This document shows, piece after piece, positions 30,664 to 39,934 of a stretch of 64,000 nucleotides of DNA. Below the pieces are notes generated by a model that saw only the letters and a program-made list of their open reading frames with translations, ran no database searches and was not told the origin of the DNA. A program made the translations under genes and the position numbers. Every line of letters begins with the position of its first letter. Position 1 is the stretch's first letter. Source of the stretch: a virus; the IMG/VR virus record IMGVR_UViG_3300018080_000123, positions 1 through 64,000 of that record; one strand, 5' to 3'.

Positions 30664-31037
30664 TAGAAAGACCTAACCTTTGACAGCAGCTTCATCTTGT
30701 TAATTCCTCTGGCTATTCTCGTTTGACCGGCATCAACAATTGTGACGAGAATATTTCCGCTAATCAATTCGGCAGTTTCGGCTGCAGTAAGGGCAGCAAT
30801 AATAACACTTCTATGAGTAGTGTTGATCGTCGCTGCTTTAGTCAAATTTGTATTATCCTTTTTTCGTAAAACGATACTTACTGTGGCGGTCAACGGAATC
30901 AAGTAAACACTGTTTGATAACTCATCAAAAATTTGAAGCTTAATTATTCTATCTTCATCGGCAAAAAACTCGAACTCATTAACCTCTTGAAATCGAGCTG
31001 CATTCAGTTCATTAAGCACTTTTACTTCTAATGACAT
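30663..31037 (-). CDS. Putative virion protein, single beta-sandwich domain
   Basis: Paralogous to the N-terminal ~120 aa of 31046..31900. Confidence 0.5.
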   Translation of the reverse strand: MSLEVKVLNELNAARFQEVNEFEFFADEDRIIKLQIFDELSNSVYLIPLTATVSIVLRKKDNTNLTKAATINTTHRSVIIAALTAAETAELISGNILVTIVDAGQTRIARGINKMKLLSKVRSF

Positions 31038-31045
31038 TATACACC

Positions 31046-31900
31046 TTACACAAGCATATCATAGATTGTTATTTCGTCTTCTAGACGCTTTGCCATGATA
31101 TATCGACCCTGCTGATCAACAAAACTAGATTCATCAACAACCGTTACCGCAATTGTTTGAGATGTAGTAAGACTAACATCAATGTAAGCTACTTGATCAT
31201 TAGCACTAAAAACAATTGGGGAGCTTACAGTATAATCAATTGTATTAATAACAGTTGTCCCAGGAATATGAATTTCTATATCTTTATCAAAAATTAACTG
31301 CCCTGTCGATAGATCCCAAGTAAATGCCGCTTCTGTAGTCAGAGTCAGGTTTGATTGCTCAATAGGATTAGAAATAGCGGCAATTTTTGTTTTCTCTTGG
31401 CCCCCGACGGTTTCCTTTGTAATCTGAATTCCTGCCCCAGCTAACAACTCATCTAACAAAAATCCAGCAACAGGATCTGTTCCGCTTGTTTTAACAGTCT
31501 CTCCCCCTGCTCCCGTTCCAGAAGGCTGCTGACCTGAGGCCTCTGTATAGGTTAGTTTTCTCACCGCTCCGCCATAGTAAGCAATCGTCGTTCCGAACCC
31601 CTCTGTAATCTGAACTTGAACTCCACCTGTGGTAATGAAAGGTAGAGTGTCTCCAGGGATCGTTACTTCAACAAGACTTCTGTTACCTAGAATAGCCCCG
31701 TCAAGAACTATGTTTTCTTCGGCGCCGGGAAAAGTAAGCTTAACGGTAGCCGCGACACTAATGTGATACGGGACCCCACTAACTTCTTCAAGAATCTGAG
31801 CTCGAAAAACTTTATCTCCCTCGCTCCCATAGAAGGAGAATGTGCTGATATCAATGATCTCGTCGCTATATCCGTCTATAACATTGAATATCAGACTCAT
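31046..31900 (-). CDS. Putative virion adaptor protein
   Basis: N-domain like 30663..31037; C-domain like that of 8994..10091. Confidence 0.5.
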   Translation of the reverse strand: MSLIFNVIDGYSDEIIDISTFSFYGSEGDKVFRAQILEEVSGVPYHISVAATVKLTFPGAEENIVLDGAILGNRSLVEVTIPGDTLPFITTGGVQVQITEGFGTTIAYYGGAVRKLTYTEASGQQPSGTGAGGETVKTSGTDPVAGFLLDELLAGAGIQITKETVGGQEKTKIAAISNPIEQSNLTLTTEAAFTWDLSTGQLIFDKDIEIHIPGTTVINTIDYTVSSPIVFSANDQVAYIDVSLTTSQTIAVTVVDESSFVDQQGRYIMAKRLEDEITIYDMLV

Positions 31901-32392
31901 CTAATACTCCCACCTTCTATCTCTATCGACTCTTGTATCAATATGAACCCACGTCGAAGCAACGCCAACCGCTCTCACCCCTTCTGAACGGGCGATATCT
32001 TCTAAATCAGATCCCGAAAGCCCAATTATTTTAAAATCGACCGCTCTAACTTTTCCGCTTTCGTCGGGAACGTGCTTACTATTTGGATGTCCGCCGATTT
32101 TTTTATTGTGTTTTTTACATCTCTTTCCTGATGTAATGGTTATTTTTGTGTCCTTACCAAACTGACAGCTAATCTTTTTTCTAATAGCTTCTAACCATTT
32201 GATAATTTGACCGTCCACCACAGCAGGAGGGCAACTGCCACAGCTACAATTAAACTCTTTGCGTCTAAAATGAGCAGAGAGCTTATCGCCTGGGCCCAAA
32301 GGGGCTTCTTTTTTCTTTTTTTCATCTAAAAGAACCACTTTAGGGCCCCTAGAATCAGAGCTCCCAAAGAGACGGCTAAACCAATTGCCCAT
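31901..32392 (-). CDS. Peptidase M15-family endolysin (D-Ala-D-Ala carboxypeptidase fold)
   Basis: LSAHFRRKEFNC, ITSGKRC..HN..IGG..NSKH, AVDF and WVHIDTR motifs. Confidence 0.88.
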   Translation of the reverse strand: MGNWFSRLFGSSDSRGPKVVLLDEKKKKEAPLGPGDKLSAHFRRKEFNCSCGSCPPAVVDGQIIKWLEAIRKKISCQFGKDTKITITSGKRCKKHNKKIGGHPNSKHVPDESGKVRAVDFKIIGLSGSDLEDIARSEGVRAVGVASTWVHIDTRVDRDRRWEY

Positions 32393-32733
32393 TTTAGGTA
32401 ACCTTTGTAGTCTTTCAATGTTTTAGATTCTACCTTTTCTGCTGTTTGCATCAAGGCAATATCTTTTTCGTTTTGTCCAATTCTCTTATCTTGTTCGTCG
32501 TCTTTTTTATTAAATCGTTCAAACTGTTGATTAACAGTTGCGACTAACATTTGAACACTAGACTCAATTCTAGGGATAGCTCCGTTTTGTTTGGCGAGAC
32601 TAATACGAATCCCATCGACTTTCTCGCCAAGATCTACTTGAGCTAGTTTTAAGTCTCCAGTTGTTTGCTGAAGGGTTGTAATTTCTTGTTTTAAGAGTTG
32701 AAATTCGATGGTCCGCTCTTTATCTTCGGGCAC
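32326..32733 (-). CDS. Holin-like coiled-coil protein with C-terminal TM helix
   Basis: Coiled coil followed by WAIGLAVSLGALILGALKWFF; overlaps the endolysin start. Confidence 0.55.
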   Translation of the reverse strand: MPEDKERTIEFQLLKQEITTLQQTTGDLKLAQVDLGEKVDGIRISLAKQNGAIPRIESSVQMLVATVNQQFERFNKKDDEQDKRIGQNEKDIALMQTAEKVESKTLKDYKGYLKWAIGLAVSLGALILGALKWFF

Positions 32734-32778
32734 TGGGCTCTCCTCCTAGAAAAAATTAAAGCACAAGGCTTTAAAGTT

Positions 32779-33093
32779 TTATGCTCTGAAAATCACAAAT
32801 GAGAGCACAGCGTCATTATTCGTCACACCCGCTGGCGTAATTTTCAAATTTCCAGCCTCGCACTCGGCAAGAATAAGCCCAACCGGGGCTCCTGTGTCGT
32901 CGCTAACGAGAGAAACGATAGCGATATCGCCGGCTGCAATGCCTTCAATCGCTACGTTTGTCGGGGAAGCCGCAAGAACAACCCGACCGACGGCGAGAGG
33001 GGCAAGCTTCTCTTCAATTTTATCTTCTTTCTTCAGGGGAACCGCCGCGCGAACGTACTTCACCTGTTTATCGCTAAGTCTTTTGTTTGCCAT
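32779..33093 (-). CDS. Small virion (decoration-like) protein
   Basis: 104 aa, AAGGAG RBS, preceded by the ATACTATAAT motif. Confidence 0.45.
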   Translation of the reverse strand: MANKRLSDKQVKYVRAAVPLKKEDKIEEKLAPLAVGRVVLAASPTNVAIEGIAAGDIAIVSLVSDDTGAPVGLILAECEAGNLKITPAGVTNNDAVLSFVIFRA

Positions 33094-33145
33094 TGCTAAC
33101 TCCTTTTACATGTAAAATTGATTAATTATGGGTATATACCTTACA

Positions 33146-33155
33146 ATTATAGTAT
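33146..33155 (-). promoter_or_regulatory. Putative late-promoter motif ATACTATAAT
   Basis: Identical 10-mer in intergenic gaps at 33146, 40428 and 61504; one-mismatch copy at 37707. Confidence 0.55.
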
Positions 33156-33175
33156 CTTTTTATGTACAATTTAAA

Positions 33176-33691
33176 TTAAATTGATTTGACAATTTTGTCA
33201 AAACACTCGCTATTTTTGACCCATTCATGCAACTCTATGGGTGTCATAGATTCTTTGTCTAACCCCTTAAGGACAACATCTGCTGTCTCGCGCAATAATT
33301 CCTGAGCAAGCTCTGTACAAATGAGTTCATTTCTCGACCCCAGTGGGTTTTTAATTGTAATTCCTATCTTCTTAAACACAATCTTAATAGCAAAACCAAG
33401 AACTTCGAGATAGTCATATGGTTTATGTCCATATTTATCTATCAGCTTGTCAAGAGCTGCGTCTCCGCCTTCTGGTTTATATCTGTAGCGATATATCGTG
33501 TCGTATCTTTTGATAAAATATTGCCACCAATCAGGCTCGACTCCAAAACACGACGCTTCTACCATCCACTCATGCTCAGGCTCACTATAACGAATAGCTA
33601 CGTGAGATACTTTTTCACAGCCCCTTTTCGAGCTAAACAACATGATAGCCTTAGATATTAGCGATTTTCCCTCGCAAAAGATAATTTCCAT
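33176..33691 (-). CDS. Permuted papain-like amidase (YiiX/YebB, NlpC/P60 superfamily)
   Basis: SHVAI..VEA, KPYD and LICTEL, with His before Cys. Confidence 0.8.
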   Translation of the reverse strand: MEIIFCEGKSLISKAIMLFSSKRGCEKVSHVAIRYSEPEHEWMVEASCFGVEPDWWQYFIKRYDTIYRYRYKPEGGDAALDKLIDKYGHKPYDYLEVLGFAIKIVFKKIGITIKNPLGSRNELICTELAQELLRETADVVLKGLDKESMTPIELHEWVKNSECFDKIVKSI

Positions 33692-34500
33692 TATGACACT
33701 ATTTTATTCCTAAATGTTTCGAGAACAACCATAATATCGTGGCTATCTCCAGCTCCATGTTTTATAATAACGCGCATTTTATTTGAGTGATATGTCTCAC
33801 TATATGACAAAAATGTAGATGCTCTTCCGTCAGCTGTAACTTGATCTCCTGGATCAATGTACGACATATTAACCCCGCCAATCATAGGAATGGATCCCCC
33901 ACTAGATGCCGGGATATCAGGAGCGGCAGTCACCCAAACACGGATGTCGCCTGAAGGAGTACTCTTCTGACGACACGAGCCGCCAATAATTTCATAGTCA
34001 TATGGTGGTTCAAAATCTACTATAGTCTTAACAGCATTTCCTTCATTTTCCTCACTTGTGATTTCATCGTCGCTCGAATCATATAATTTTAAAGTAACTC
34101 CGCTACGATCAGTCCCATCGTCTAGCTTACTATACACACTATCAAGATCCGAAGTAGTAAATTCAATAGGAATAAGATTATAAATCCAACCCAAATTTGA
34201 TGCTTTTATTCTACTAATCCGGGCGCCATCAATATCGGTTGGACCCAACAAATAGTTAACTGTTCCCTTTAGCCAATCAACTCCACTATTGACATCTAAA
34301 TCGCTATCTCCATCGTTAACGACTAAATCTTCGCTGCCGATATCTGAAACAACTGTACTATCTGCTCCCCATTGAAGATCTTCTCCTACTTGAAGCTGAT
34401 AGAAATCATTATTTTGAATTGTGACTCCACACCACGTTCCTTCTGCGCCGGACTTATTGTATATCTTAATTACTCTCATGTTGCAGCCTTTCTCAGCCAA
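33691..34500 (-). CDS. Putative virion protein with LVVNDG N-domain
   Basis: N-domain paralogous to 35153..35869 and 35871..36614. Confidence 0.55.
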   Translation of the reverse strand: MAEKGCNMRVIKIYNKSGAEGTWCGVTIQNNDFYQLQVGEDLQWGADSTVVSDIGSEDLVVNDGDSDLDVNSGVDWLKGTVNYLLGPTDIDGARISRIKASNLGWIYNLIPIEFTTSDLDSVYSKLDDGTDRSGVTLKLYDSSDDEITSEENEGNAVKTIVDFEPPYDYEIIGGSCRQKSTPSGDIRVWVTAAPDIPASSGGSIPMIGGVNMSYIDPGDQVTADGRASTFLSYSETYHSNKMRVIIKHGAGDSHDIMVVLETFRNKIVS

Positions 34501-35153
34501 ACAAGAACCTTCGAATCATTTGGCTTATCGTTCCCTGTTGCTGTAACTTTTGCAGACAATCCATATCCCTGCCCGATTGTAACGGAAAATTGAGGACTAA
34601 CATACGTCTTACTTGAGATTGACGGCGAGGTATAAATCAATGTTTCATTCCCTCCCGTAATTGGATCGTATTTATAGAGCTTAATTACAACATCATCTGG
34701 AACAATCTTGTTTGAGAATGTAATTTTTCGAATCTCCATATTATAACCCATAACTTCTGGCGATTGATTTGATGGAAGATTATCAAATGTATTCATAAAA
34801 GCGTCTGTTGTGGTTCCAGATCGTCCAAACCCAAGAGTATCAAGATCGGCCTCATAGGCCTCCTCAAAAACAACATCTACATTTATTGATCCGTCTTCGT
34901 TATCGGTTACAATTACTCCATTATTAAAATTAATTGTCTCCGTACTAACATTAACAGATTCTCCGCTTTTTTTGGTTTCAACAGTCCCTAGAACAATCCA
35001 ACGGCTCTTAGTCTGAGACCACACTTTGAATTTATTGTCGGCAGAATCAATACAAAAATATCCATGTGCCGGACTCTCTGGCAAAGGTTGAGGGACAACA
35101 ATATTGTTTCTCCCTTCTATAACTACCCTATCGCCTTTGAATCTAAATCCCAT
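34476..35153 (-). CDS. Putative virion fibre/decoration protein
   Basis: C-domain (FGRSG..LPSNQSP) paralogous to 35871..36614 and 36614..37483. Confidence 0.55.
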   Translation of the reverse strand: MGFRFKGDRVVIEGRNNIVVPQPLPESPAHGYFCIDSADNKFKVWSQTKSRWIVLGTVETKKSGESVNVSTETINFNNGVIVTDNEDGSINVDVVFEEAYEADLDTLGFGRSGTTTDAFMNTFDNLPSNQSPEVMGYNMEIRKITFSNKIVPDDVVIKLYKYDPITGGNETLIYTSPSISSKTYVSPQFSVTIGQGYGLSAKVTATGNDKPNDSKVLVWLRKAAT

Positions 35154-35869
35154 TAGTCAATAACTCTCTGCCAATATTTATTGTAAATAGATACAATGAT
35201 AGGATCATTGGTTGGATTATCATAGCCTTCTTCATTTGCAATTCTTTCTAGTCCCATGAAAATATATTTTTCATCATTGGCGAATAGAGATACAGGGAGA
35301 GTAATTTCGTAAGAAAATATTCTAAATGGATCTGTCGTAACCGGCACAGGTCCGACATCAAAATTTAGATCAGATGTATTCAAATATTTATCTTCATTTC
35401 CATTAGATGTAAGAAGATGGATTCTATAAGATGCATACTTATTTGGTTGATCATTGTCTATACAAAAATGTGCTACAATTACATAATAGTCTCCAATTAT
35501 ATTTTCCGCTTTTGATCTAAGATAGCCCTTATCCCCAATTTGTACTTTATAGCCCATTGTGGCGCCATTTAATTCCACTACTTCCGGGCTCTTCGTTCCA
35601 ACACCAGGTACTATATCCATCCGGGTATGCATCTTTACAATTTTACGTTGTAGATAGCCACTTCCAACGTTTGGACTTAAGTCTTCTATCCCATCGTTAA
35701 CTATTAATTTTGGAGGATCGCTGGTAATGTCACTTAAGGTTTTCTGGTAAGTGGAAAATCCAACTCTCTCTTGGTCTGATTGAATGGTATAATACTCTCC
35801 CGGCTCAATTACGATACCAAACCAAACATCAGTTACTTCTTGATTATTTTTTAGCTTGATTATTTCCAT
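35153..35869 (-). CDS. Putative virion protein with LIVNDG N-domain
   Basis: Paralogous N-domain. Confidence 0.55.
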   Translation of the reverse strand: MEIIKLKNNQEVTDVWFGIVIEPGEYYTIQSDQERVGFSTYQKTLSDITSDPPKLIVNDGIEDLSPNVGSGYLQRKIVKMHTRMDIVPGVGTKSPEVVELNGATMGYKVQIGDKGYLRSKAENIIGDYYVIVAHFCIDNDQPNKYASYRIHLLTSNGNEDKYLNTSDLNFDVGPVPVTTDPFRIFSYEITLPVSLFANDEKYIFMGLERIANEEGYDNPTNDPIIVSIYNKYWQRVID

Positions 35870-35870
35870 A

Positions 35871-36614
35871 CTATCTTTGTCTTGTCCAAACTAAAACATT
35901 TAAATCACTAGGTTTTGGATTTCCAACATTGATTGCCTTTACATAAAGTCCCCAACCCTTATCGACGGAGACTGCTAAATCCGTCGTAGTATATCCTGAG
36001 TAACCTGTAAAGTTTCCATTAGCTATGCTAAAAGTCTCAGAATAAATCATCGTCCGGACTGAGTGATTAGAATCTGCCTTCCATAGCTCTAAAGTAAAAG
36101 GAGCGGCAAGAGCTGAAACTGAAACAGAAAACCCACGAAAAATAATATTGTACTTTAACGTGTCAGGAGAATCATAACTAACAATATTATTTAAAGTTAA
36201 GAGATAAGTATTATTCGAAGTGCTTCCTTGCCTAGCATATTGAAATTTATCTAAATCATTATCAAATGCTCCCGACTTCGCATATTCAATTGCCTCTTGA
36301 ACAGTGTCTTTGTCGTTAGGAAACCCATTTGCTCTCCTATCGTCGGTCCAAAATCTGACGTTCCACGCCTCATCTGGATGTTTCAAAAACTTAATCGCTT
36401 CGTAAACATTAAGATTTTCGTGCCCGTCATTAACTACGAGGCTCCCGGCTGTAATCAAAGTATCAATTTGAGAGGCTGGAGTTTTATCAACTCCCGAGGC
36501 CCACAACGAGTAATTTTCTGGATCAATAGTGATCGTTTCTCCGGCCTGGATTAATATCCCCGTATGAACGATACTAATGTTTCCCCCAGTAGTGTTTGTA
36601 ATAATCTTAGGCAT
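35871..36614 (-). CDS. Putative virion fibre protein combining both shared domains
   Basis: LVVNDG N-domain, TVQEAIE motif and shared C-domain. Confidence 0.55.
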   Translation of the reverse strand: MPKIITNTTGGNISIVHTGILIQAGETITIDPENYSLWASGVDKTPASQIDTLITAGSLVVNDGHENLNVYEAIKFLKHPDEAWNVRFWTDDRRANGFPNDKDTVQEAIEYAKSGAFDNDLDKFQYARQGSTSNNTYLLTLNNIVSYDSPDTLKYNIIFRGFSVSVSALAAPFTLELWKADSNHSVRTMIYSETFSIANGNFTGYSGYTTTDLAVSVDKGWGLYVKAINVGNPKPSDLNVLVWTRQR

Positions 36615-37483
36615 TATGGTCCAATCGATCCGCCCAGAATTAGCGACACAACCGGATTAGTTGCCTTATCGGACCCGGTTGCTGACGCTATATAAACTGC
36701 TAGCTCTTTCCCGCGCGTGACATTTATACCGGTAACAATAAAATTTCCACTTCTTTGAGTAACCATATTTACAGTAGTAAGAAGAGTATAAGTAGTCCCA
36801 TCGTGTTCATAAACTAAAACATCAAATGTGTTTGGTACTTCATTTGAAACTGAAATTTGTTCAAGCGTACCATTATAAAAAGGAAAAGTACGGCCGGTTC
36901 GATTAGACGGAACAGTGTCATTTAAAATCCACTGATTTCTAACCGTACCGCTCATACCCCATGTAAAGCCCGGACTAGCACTTAGTTTTAGTTCTGTTGC
37001 TAATTCTTCAATTGCATCCCGAACATTGGTTGATTCTAAATCGCTTATCGATTTTGTGAAAGAAAGACTCCTAGCATCTAAAACTTCCCAATTATTGTTA
37101 TCCTTGTGTTCTACTAAAATAAGAACGCCAGGATAAATTGTAACAATACTGCTTCCTAAATTATCTTGAATAATGATTTGCTCGGTGCCAGAATTTTTAA
37201 TCCAAATCTGTCTCCCACTCAAAGCATCGTCTGTAGCTATAAGACCACACGGCAACCTAACCGTAGCGGCTGTTGTTTGGTGAGTTTCAACTATACCGGG
37301 GATATTCTTAAGAAATTGAATAACTCTACTAACGTTAATTCGGCGATAAGTTCCTAGTTCAGGGGGTGTGTAGGCAGCGCCGGCGACGGCAGCAAAATCA
37401 GACTCTAAAATGTCTACGTAATTAAATGCCGCTCCGCCGAAGGCTTTGATAGTCTGTACAATCTCTTTTTCGCCTGCGGACAC
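36614..37483 (-). CDS. Putative virion fibre protein
   Basis: TVRLP and STNVRDAIEEL motifs; shared C-domain. Confidence 0.55.
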   Translation of the reverse strand: MSAGEKEIVQTIKAFGGAAFNYVDILESDFAAVAGAAYTPPELGTYRRINVSRVIQFLKNIPGIVETHQTTAATVRLPCGLIATDDALSGRQIWIKNSGTEQIIIQDNLGSSIVTIYPGVLILVEHKDNNNWEVLDARSLSFTKSISDLESTNVRDAIEELATELKLSASPGFTWGMSGTVRNQWILNDTVPSNRTGRTFPFYNGTLEQISVSNEVPNTFDVLVYEHDGTTYTLLTTVNMVTQRSGNFIVTGINVTRGKELAVYIASATGSDKATNPVVSLILGGSIGP

Positions 37484-37501
37484 TGCCTACCCCTACCTTG
37501 T

Positions 37502-37690
37502 TTATTCTAATCCAAGTTCCTTCAATAAAGCAGATTCCTCTTGTTCAAGATTTTTCAAAGACTCTTCTCTTTTCTTTTTCTCTTCAACAAGTCTCTTCAG
37601 CTCAACGATATCGGAACGTTTAGCTCTCTCTCTGCTACTAAGGTCTTGGATTTCGTTTTTTAGCTCTTTGAGCTTATCTCTAACGCCCAT
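37502..37690 (-). CDS. Small coiled-coil protein
   Basis: 62 aa, AGGAG RBS. Confidence 0.5.
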   Translation of the reverse strand: MGVRDKLKELKNEIQDLSSRERAKRSDIVELKRLVEEKKKREESLKNLEQEESALLKELGLE

Positions 37691-37715
37691 TTTTATCTCC
37701 TAGACTTTAATAGTA

Positions 37716-38675
37716 TTAGTCGAGAGTACCAACAATCAGCATCACACCATTAAAAGCAGTTCCAAGGCCTGCCTTCAAGATAGTAATATTGCCGCTTGAA
37801 TCAAACTGAACTTCAGCGTCCACGATTTCGTCCGGAGTTTGATCGGTATTAACAATCTGAACAACGTACGAACCGGCGACAGTCAATCCGTGAGGACCAA
37901 TCTGCCCAGCTCCTGGAGCTCCAGTCTGTAAACAAGTAATTTCATTGTTTGTTCCAGCAGCCCAATCAGCCGCAGCAAACGGAATGCGCTTCATTGTAGC
38001 AGTAACTTCACCTGGAGTCGGAAGAACGTTAATCCTCCAAACACCGCCACTCACATGATGAAGTAAATAGTCACTAGTCGTCTCAATATCAAACGAAGCA
38101 GCTCCATTAATAGTCGAACTACTACTCAACGTAATTTTATTAGTTGAGCTAATATCCGAATTCTGAATAGAAAGATAGCAAAATCTACCATCGAGAGGAG
38201 CGCTACCTTGTGCAACATTTTCTGCTTCCATGTTATCGAGAGCTAAGGTTCTAGCTGCGCCCAATACTCCTGTTGAAACGAGAACGTGAGGAGCGTCAGT
38301 TTCCATAGCGCCATTTCCAGCTTTAAGAAGGATATCCTGAATATCAGTGTCGGGAGATCCATCAAACACAACGTCCACGCCTGCTTCATCAACAGGAGCC
38401 GGACTCACCACGATATCCGAAGTACTATTAACTACAGTAATAGTAAATGGACCCGGGTTTAGAATAGAATCCGTACTGAATTCTGCTCCCACAACTTGCA
38501 TCCAAGCAGGGAAAGTTCCGGCAGATAATGTAATTTTACCAGTCGCGTTAGTAAAAGTAACATCATTGGCTTGGCCCGAACTATCAAAGCTTTGGTTGTG
38601 GCCTTGAGTAATGTCCCAGTTTTCGCCGGAGAAACCAGCGCTTGCAAAGACATGTTCGTAATTAAGTTTAGCCAT
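37716..38675 (-). CDS. Putative virion fibre/decoration protein
   Basis: C-domain FAAADW..GAPGAGQIGPH..FNG shared with 38856..39347. Confidence 0.55.
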   Translation of the reverse strand: MAKLNYEHVFASAGFSGENWDITQGHNQSFDSSGQANDVTFTNATGKITLSAGTFPAWMQVVGAEFSTDSILNPGPFTITVVNSTSDIVVSPAPVDEAGVDVVFDGSPDTDIQDILLKAGNGAMETDAPHVLVSTGVLGAARTLALDNMEAENVAQGSAPLDGRFCYLSIQNSDISSTNKITLSSSSTINGAASFDIETTSDYLLHHVSGGVWRINVLPTPGEVTATMKRIPFAAADWAAGTNNEITCLQTGAPGAGQIGPHGLTVAGSYVVQIVNTDQTPDEIVDAEVQFDSSGNITILKAGLGTAFNGVMLIVGTLD

Positions 38676-38869
38676 TATTTATTCTCCTTTGTCGACAAAA
38701 TGTTTTCGACTTGCCTTAAGAACCCCTCCGGAACGTCCGTCTGTCTTAATGCATTGACAATTAAAAATAGTACTACTTCCAATTTTTCTATTCGCCTAAG
38801 CAACCTCTCCTTGTCGCCTAGATTAGTTTTGATCTCTGTTTTTTGTATTTTTTCATTATTCTGCATCAA
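38675..38869 (-). CDS. Small hypothetical protein
   Basis: 64 aa, RIEKLE motif, overlaps both neighbours. Confidence 0.45.
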   Translation of the reverse strand: MMQNNEKIQKTEIKTNLGDKERLLRRIEKLEVVLFLIVNALRQTDVPEGFLRQVENILSTKENK

Positions 38870-39347
38870 TGATTACCTTTCCATTAAATGCAGGAGGTAG
38901 CGAAGTTTTCCTCAGGTATATACTCTTTGTATTCCCATTAATTACGATAGAAGTAAAAACCTCTTTTCCTATATTTACCGCGATTTTCTTATAAACTTGG
39001 ACCTGAAAACAATTTGCTGCATCATATGTATGAGGTCCAATTTGCCCAGGACCAGGGATTCCTGTAGCAATAATCTCAATCTGATTATTCACCCAATCGC
39101 TTATAGCAAAATCGAGACAAACCTTCTCATTATGAAGAAACGGGTCATGATAATGACCACCCTGACATTCGTTCTGAGGATGATTGACGTTAAAGATAGT
39201 ATTGCCATCGTGTGCTTTGGCAATTAAATTATTTCCGATAGAGGCGGCTTTAGCTCCACCGTCTCTAACCCCGTGAAATATCTTTGAACGTCGACCCCAG
39301 AAAACGTCAAATGTAATAAGTTTTTTGACGAACTCTGTAAGTGTCAC
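38856..39347 (-). CDS. Putative virion protein
   Basis: FAISDW..GIPGPGQIGPH..FNG domain. Confidence 0.5.
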   Translation of the reverse strand: MTLTEFVKKLITFDVFWGRRSKIFHGVRDGGAKAASIGNNLIAKAHDGNTIFNVNHPQNECQGGHYHDPFLHNEKVCLDFAISDWVNNQIEIIATGIPGPGQIGPHTYDAANCFQVQVYKKIAVNIGKEVFTSIVINGNTKSIYLRKTSLPPAFNGKVIIDAE

Positions 39348-39424
39348 TTAAACCTACCTTACTATACCCATTCTTCCGCATCCGATATTCCGCTTTACTC
39401 GCCCAATTCCGATGAACAGGTGGT

Positions 39425-39934
39425 TTAAATTAAATTGTAAATTAGAGGATCAGACTCTTCCGATTCTCCTTCCAAGTTTTGTACTTTCACTGTTAAACTA
39501 ACACTAGCCGGAGTCGAATATCCGGCTCCAGCTAAATCAATTGAAAACGAAAAAGCATTAACAGCAAGGGTCCCGGTTTCTTTCAATCTAGTTCCATCTG
39601 CATAAATGTAAACAACATCTCCATCGTCGTCTGTACAAGTTCCATTAACCGTAATTGTAGTAGCCGCATTTGGAGACGCGGGAACGGTTCCAGTAATAAC
39701 AGGCTTTGGCGGGACCCCTAAATCCTCATAAGTAACGGCGTCTGTTGTAGTGCGAGGAATAATACGCGTTAAAGTACAACAGTTTTCATCATACTTAAAT
39801 CTAGTGACATGAACACGGCGCTGCCCTAACTTTGCTAGATAGGAAAACTCGCGAATCTCAATCACGTTTAAGCAACTATCATAAATAAGCCGGGTTTTAG
39901 TTTTATCCGGCGCATCCTTTACTTTTTGGGGCAT
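39425..39934 (-). CDS. Protein with C-terminal Ig-like domain
   Basis: PPKPVITG..TITVNGT..VYIYADG..GESEES pattern. Confidence 0.55.
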   Translation of the reverse strand: MPQKVKDAPDKTKTRLIYDSCLNVIEIREFSYLAKLGQRRVHVTRFKYDENCCTLTRIIPRTTTDAVTYEDLGVPPKPVITGTVPASPNAATTITVNGTCTDDDGDVVYIYADGTRLKETGTLAVNAFSFSIDLAGAGYSTPASVSLTVKVQNLEGESEESDPLIYNLI

